Assembly: GCF_016432865.1 (NCBI RefSeq)
Contig: NC_067398.1
Location: 550,560,001 to 550,624,000 of the forward strand
Length of the DNA stretch: 64,000 nucleotides
Source: Antechinus flavipes
Lineage: Eukaryota
Direction: 5' to 3'
Notes under the pieces: model-generated
Told to the model about the DNA's origin: nothing
Database searches by the model: none
Seen by the model: only the letters and a program-made list of their open reading frames with translations
Shown here: positions 60,605 to 64,000 of the stretch, in pieces
How positions within the stretch are numbered: the stretch's first letter is position 1
Layout of the letters: each line of letters begins with the position of its first letter
Translations under genes and position numbers: made by a program

Positions 60605-61650
60605 TTTAAAAATTTTTTAATTCATTTTTTGTTACATTTTAAGTTTCAAGCTGTGTCCTTTCTTCATTCCTTCCCTATTCCACATTAGAGAAGGCTAGCA
60701 TTTGACACAGATCTGTAAAATCATACTACCTATACTTCTATTTATCAGTCCTTTGCTGTGGAGGGAGATAGCATCTTCCTTTCTAGGACATTTATAGTTG
60801 ATTTGAGTATTTGTAATACTCAAAATACCTTAGTTTTCATAGTTGTTCTTAGAACAATATTGCTGTCAGTGTGTGTAACATTCTCTTGGTTTTGCTCATT
60901 TCATTGTTCAGTATTTCAAGCAAATCTTTCCATGTTTTTCTATAATCGACCAACTCATTGTTACTTATAACATAATATTATACCATCACAATCACAAATC
61001 ACAACTTGTTTAGCCATTCCCCAATTGATGAGTATCCCCTCAATTTACAATTCTTTTCCACCACAAAGAGAATTGCTATAAATATTTTAGAACATGCAGG
61101 TTCATTTCCTTTTTCCCTGATCATTTTATTACTGGGTCAAAGGACATACACAGTTTTAAAACTCTGGACATTATTTCAGATTGTTCTCCAAAACAGTTGG
61201 ATCAAGTCAGAGTTGTACAAACAGTATCAGTGTGCCAATTTTTCCACAACTCCTCTAACATTTGTCATTTTCCCTTTTTATTATTTTAGCCAATCTGATA
61301 ACTATATTTCAAAGTTGTTTTAATTGGAATCTCTCTAATTAATAATGATTAGAACATTTCTTCATTTAACTTTATATTGTTTTCATTTTTTTCATCAAAA
61401 AAACTGCCTGTTCATATTCTTTGACCATTTATCAACTGGGGAATGATTCATTTTCTTATTAGACAAAGCTTTCTATATATTTGAGATGAGACCTCTCTCT
61501 GAGGCCTGTAAATTCCCCCCAAAATTTTCTGCTTTCTAATCTTGGTAATATCAGTTTTATTTATACAAAAACTTTTTAATGTAAAGTTATTCATTTTATA
61601 CCTCCTAATGCTCTTCATTTCTTTTTTGTTTCATAAATTTTTCTATCTAT
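60605..61650 (-). mobile_element. L1 3' fragment
   Basis: cacaacttgtttagccattccccaattgatg; ccatttatcaactggggaatga. Confidence 0.85.
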
Positions 61651-61798
61651 AAGTTAATAATACCATTAAAAAATGAACATTTAAACTCTGCTTTGTTTTT
61701 TGGTAGAAGATCTCAGTACACTTTCTTTTTGGATTTCTAGAGAACCTTATGGCAAGTTTTAGAAAATACTTGGACTGAATAAGGAGAGAATCACTTAC

Positions 61799-61922
61799 CA
61801 CTAAACATAAGTCACAGAGAGCAAGCTCTCTGTTGACCTTGTCAAGAATGTTAGGGTCCAGATTTTCTCCAAACCATACCACATGGGGTCGAAGGGGGCC
61901 AATGCACTCTTTTTCTTCACAC
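61799..61922 (-). CDS. SIRT5: SIRT5 exon (124 nt): [42 protein letters not shown]
   Basis: attcacag acceptor, GTG|gtaagt donor; sirtuin RPHVVWFGE motif and second Zn-ligand pair CxxxxC; synteny with NOL7 and RANBP9. Confidence 0.96.
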
Positions 61923-62790
61923 CTGTGAATGTAGATATTACTCAAGTGGCTGCTGAGATCCTAGCTCTGACACAAAGAATAAAGTTAATGCCTGCTCACA
62001 ACCCCCATTCATACTTACTCCACGAATTCTGCATATTGAAGAATATACTTCCCTGACCTATGTATGTCACTGTGTATATTTTGATTGTTCCTTCAGGCAG
62101 TGAACTTATTCTTTGGTTGTTGTATATCCTATATGGCTCCTTCTCACGAGTACCATTTTGTTCCTAGTAATTCAGGTTTTAAATTCATTTTAAATCACAT
62201 CGCTTCTTTGCACACAACCTTTTTCCCATTAATTTCTCAACAACCTCTCATTTTCAGGAATACTAATGTAATATTTGGCAAAACAAAAGCGAAAATATCC
62301 CTTGGTGGACAATTTTTAGGATGAGCCTCTGTCGTTACCTAGACTGGTGCTAGGTCCCTTCACATCAAGAATACTCATAAATATATTATGTATCTTACGT
62401 TATATTGCTGCCCTGAGATGTTCTTCAAGTGCACTGAGCCTTCTTGCAGAAAACAAATACGGAGAAGAACTGAGAAGGATGTGAAGGACCATGTAGTTAG
62501 GATTGCTCCAGTGGAAGGAGGAAGGAGATCCACTAATGAGATCACAAATCCACCTAAGTGCCTAAGCATATCTCTCAGAATCAGCCTTCTTCCTCTTTCT
62601 AATCTAGTTCCCACAATAGTCTAGGTGCTCATCACTTTCAACCTTGGATTATGGAAAAGAAGGAAAGAACAATTCAGAGTTAGGAAACACTTGGTACAAA
62701 TCCTGTTTCCAGCTGTATGACATGGGAAAACCACTTCTCTCTATGCTCTGCTTTTCCTTTTCTATAAAATAACAGAAGTATCTGCCTCTC

Positions 62791-62871
62791 ATATCCATCC
62801 ATCCACCCATCCATCTATCCATCCATCCATCTACCTACCTACTTACCTACTCACCCATCCATCTGGCTGGG

Positions 62872-62915
<44 letters not shown>
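62791..62915. repeat. Compound (CCAT)n/(CCTA)n/(TATC)n tetranucleotide repeat
   Basis: Direct reading. Confidence 0.92.
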
Positions 62916-62926
62916 GTATTTGGCAT

Positions 62927-63147
62927 GGGGGCAGCCCAATGGCACAGCAAAATAGAGTGTCAGGCCTGGAATTAGGAAGACTCATCTTCCTGAATTCAAG
63001 TCCAACCTCAGACACTATGTGACTCTGGGCAAGTCACTTAACCCTGTTTGCCTCAGTTTCTTCATCTATAAAAGCAGCCAGAGAAGGAAATGACAAAGAT
63101 GGTCATGAAGAGTCAGAACGACTAAAAGTGATTCAAAAATAATAAAA
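62927..63147 (+). mobile_element. MAR1-type SINE
   Basis: gggggcagc head, gggcaagtcacttaaccctgtttgcctcagtttc core, ggtcatgaagagtcag tail. Confidence 0.83.
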
Positions 63148-63603
63148 TTTGGGAAATCCAATAAGCTGGAATTGTTTACTGTCTTTATTACTACCATACT
63201 AGATTACTAACTGGTCTTTCTTCTGTCTCTTTTTCAGTCTAACTTATTAGAAATAATTATTATAATGATCTCCCTCCCTTTTCCCCTCTTTCCAATATCA
63301 TTTTCATCATATCACTGCTATGTACCTTTTCATACTGGGTGTCTTAATCTGGGGTTCTAAAATTAAAAAAAAATTTTTTTTGGATAGCTAGACTTCAAAA
63401 ATATGGTTGATTTCTTTTATAATCCTATTTATTTTATTTTATGCATTTAAAATATTCTTCTAAAACTGGGTCCATGATAAACAAAAAGGCAAAGAATTCC
63501 TTTTAATATATCAAATCCTGACTTCTTAAGGAAGGAATAAAAAAAAACCCTTCTTGATTTATAGCTTCTCCATATAGTATTTTTTTAGCTGCCATTTGTT
63601 TTT

Positions 63604-63834
63604 GTTGGTCAGTCATATCCATTCTTTATAAACTCATTTGGGATTTTTTTTAGCAAGGATATTGGAGTGTTTGCCATTCCAATTCATTTTACAGATGAGA
63701 AAACTGAGGAAAACAGGGTTAAATGACTTGCCCAGGCTCACACAGCTATTAAATTAAGTTGCTGCAGGATTTGAACTGGGATCCTCCTTATTTCAGGCCT
63801 GATACTCTATCCATTCTTCCATTTACCTGTCCCC
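63604..63834 (-). mobile_element. MAR1-type SINE
   Basis: ttttacagatgagaaaactgagg core; gcaaggatattggagtgtttgccatt tail. Confidence 0.83.
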
Positions 63835-64000
63835 CTACCAACTGTATTTTCTTAATTTGTATTTCCTTTCATTCTATCTTGTCATGATTTGTATCTGGTT
63901 CCTTGAAAATTATCTTGAAACACTCTTGGAAATAGTTTTTGAAAATCTACATAGTTTTCTTTGGCATTGTACCCATATTTCATTGTCAATTCTCTAATTG

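Noticed and set aside
62388-62624. 78-aa + strand ORF with a CTEPSC motif resembling a Zn knuckle
   Set aside because: Wrong strand for SIRT5, overlaps L2-like sequence, no supporting splice structure
62000-64000. The next upstream SIRT5 exon (expected ...IPVEKLPR-like)
   Set aside because: No matching peptide with splice sites found; it probably lies beyond the window end

Overview
AT-rich, CpG-depleted vertebrate DNA, almost certainly marsupial. The WSINE1-type and MAR1-type SINEs and marsupial-type L1 ends point to a dasyurid-like species (inference). The window covers the conserved SIRT5-NOL7-RANBP9 block. It holds the last 10 coding exons of RANBP9 (+, 3490-37233), the complete 8-exon NOL7 (-, 45207-39720, 254 aa) with its CpG-island promoter, and the last 3 coding exons of SIRT5 (-, 61922-50986). 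All 21 exons were read by hand, have GT-AG boundaries and join in frame. Exon numbers and comparisons with human proteins are from memory, not from a search. The rest is L1, L2, CR1/L3, RTE, SINE and LTR/ERV debris, microsatellites and two assembly gaps. I found no novel protein-coding system, CRISPR array or intact transposon. The best leads are modest: an intronic-polyadenylation-like layout after RANBP9 exon 11, an AG|GTGAG recursive-splice-like site before a 23-nt micro-exon, a candidate in-phase cryptic exon, a divergent splice donor at the NOL7 promoter, four fold-back palindromes built around TA-rich cores, a ~250-bp local duplication, an ORF2-less (HAL1-like) L1 with TSDs, and two LTRs with resolvable insertion sites.
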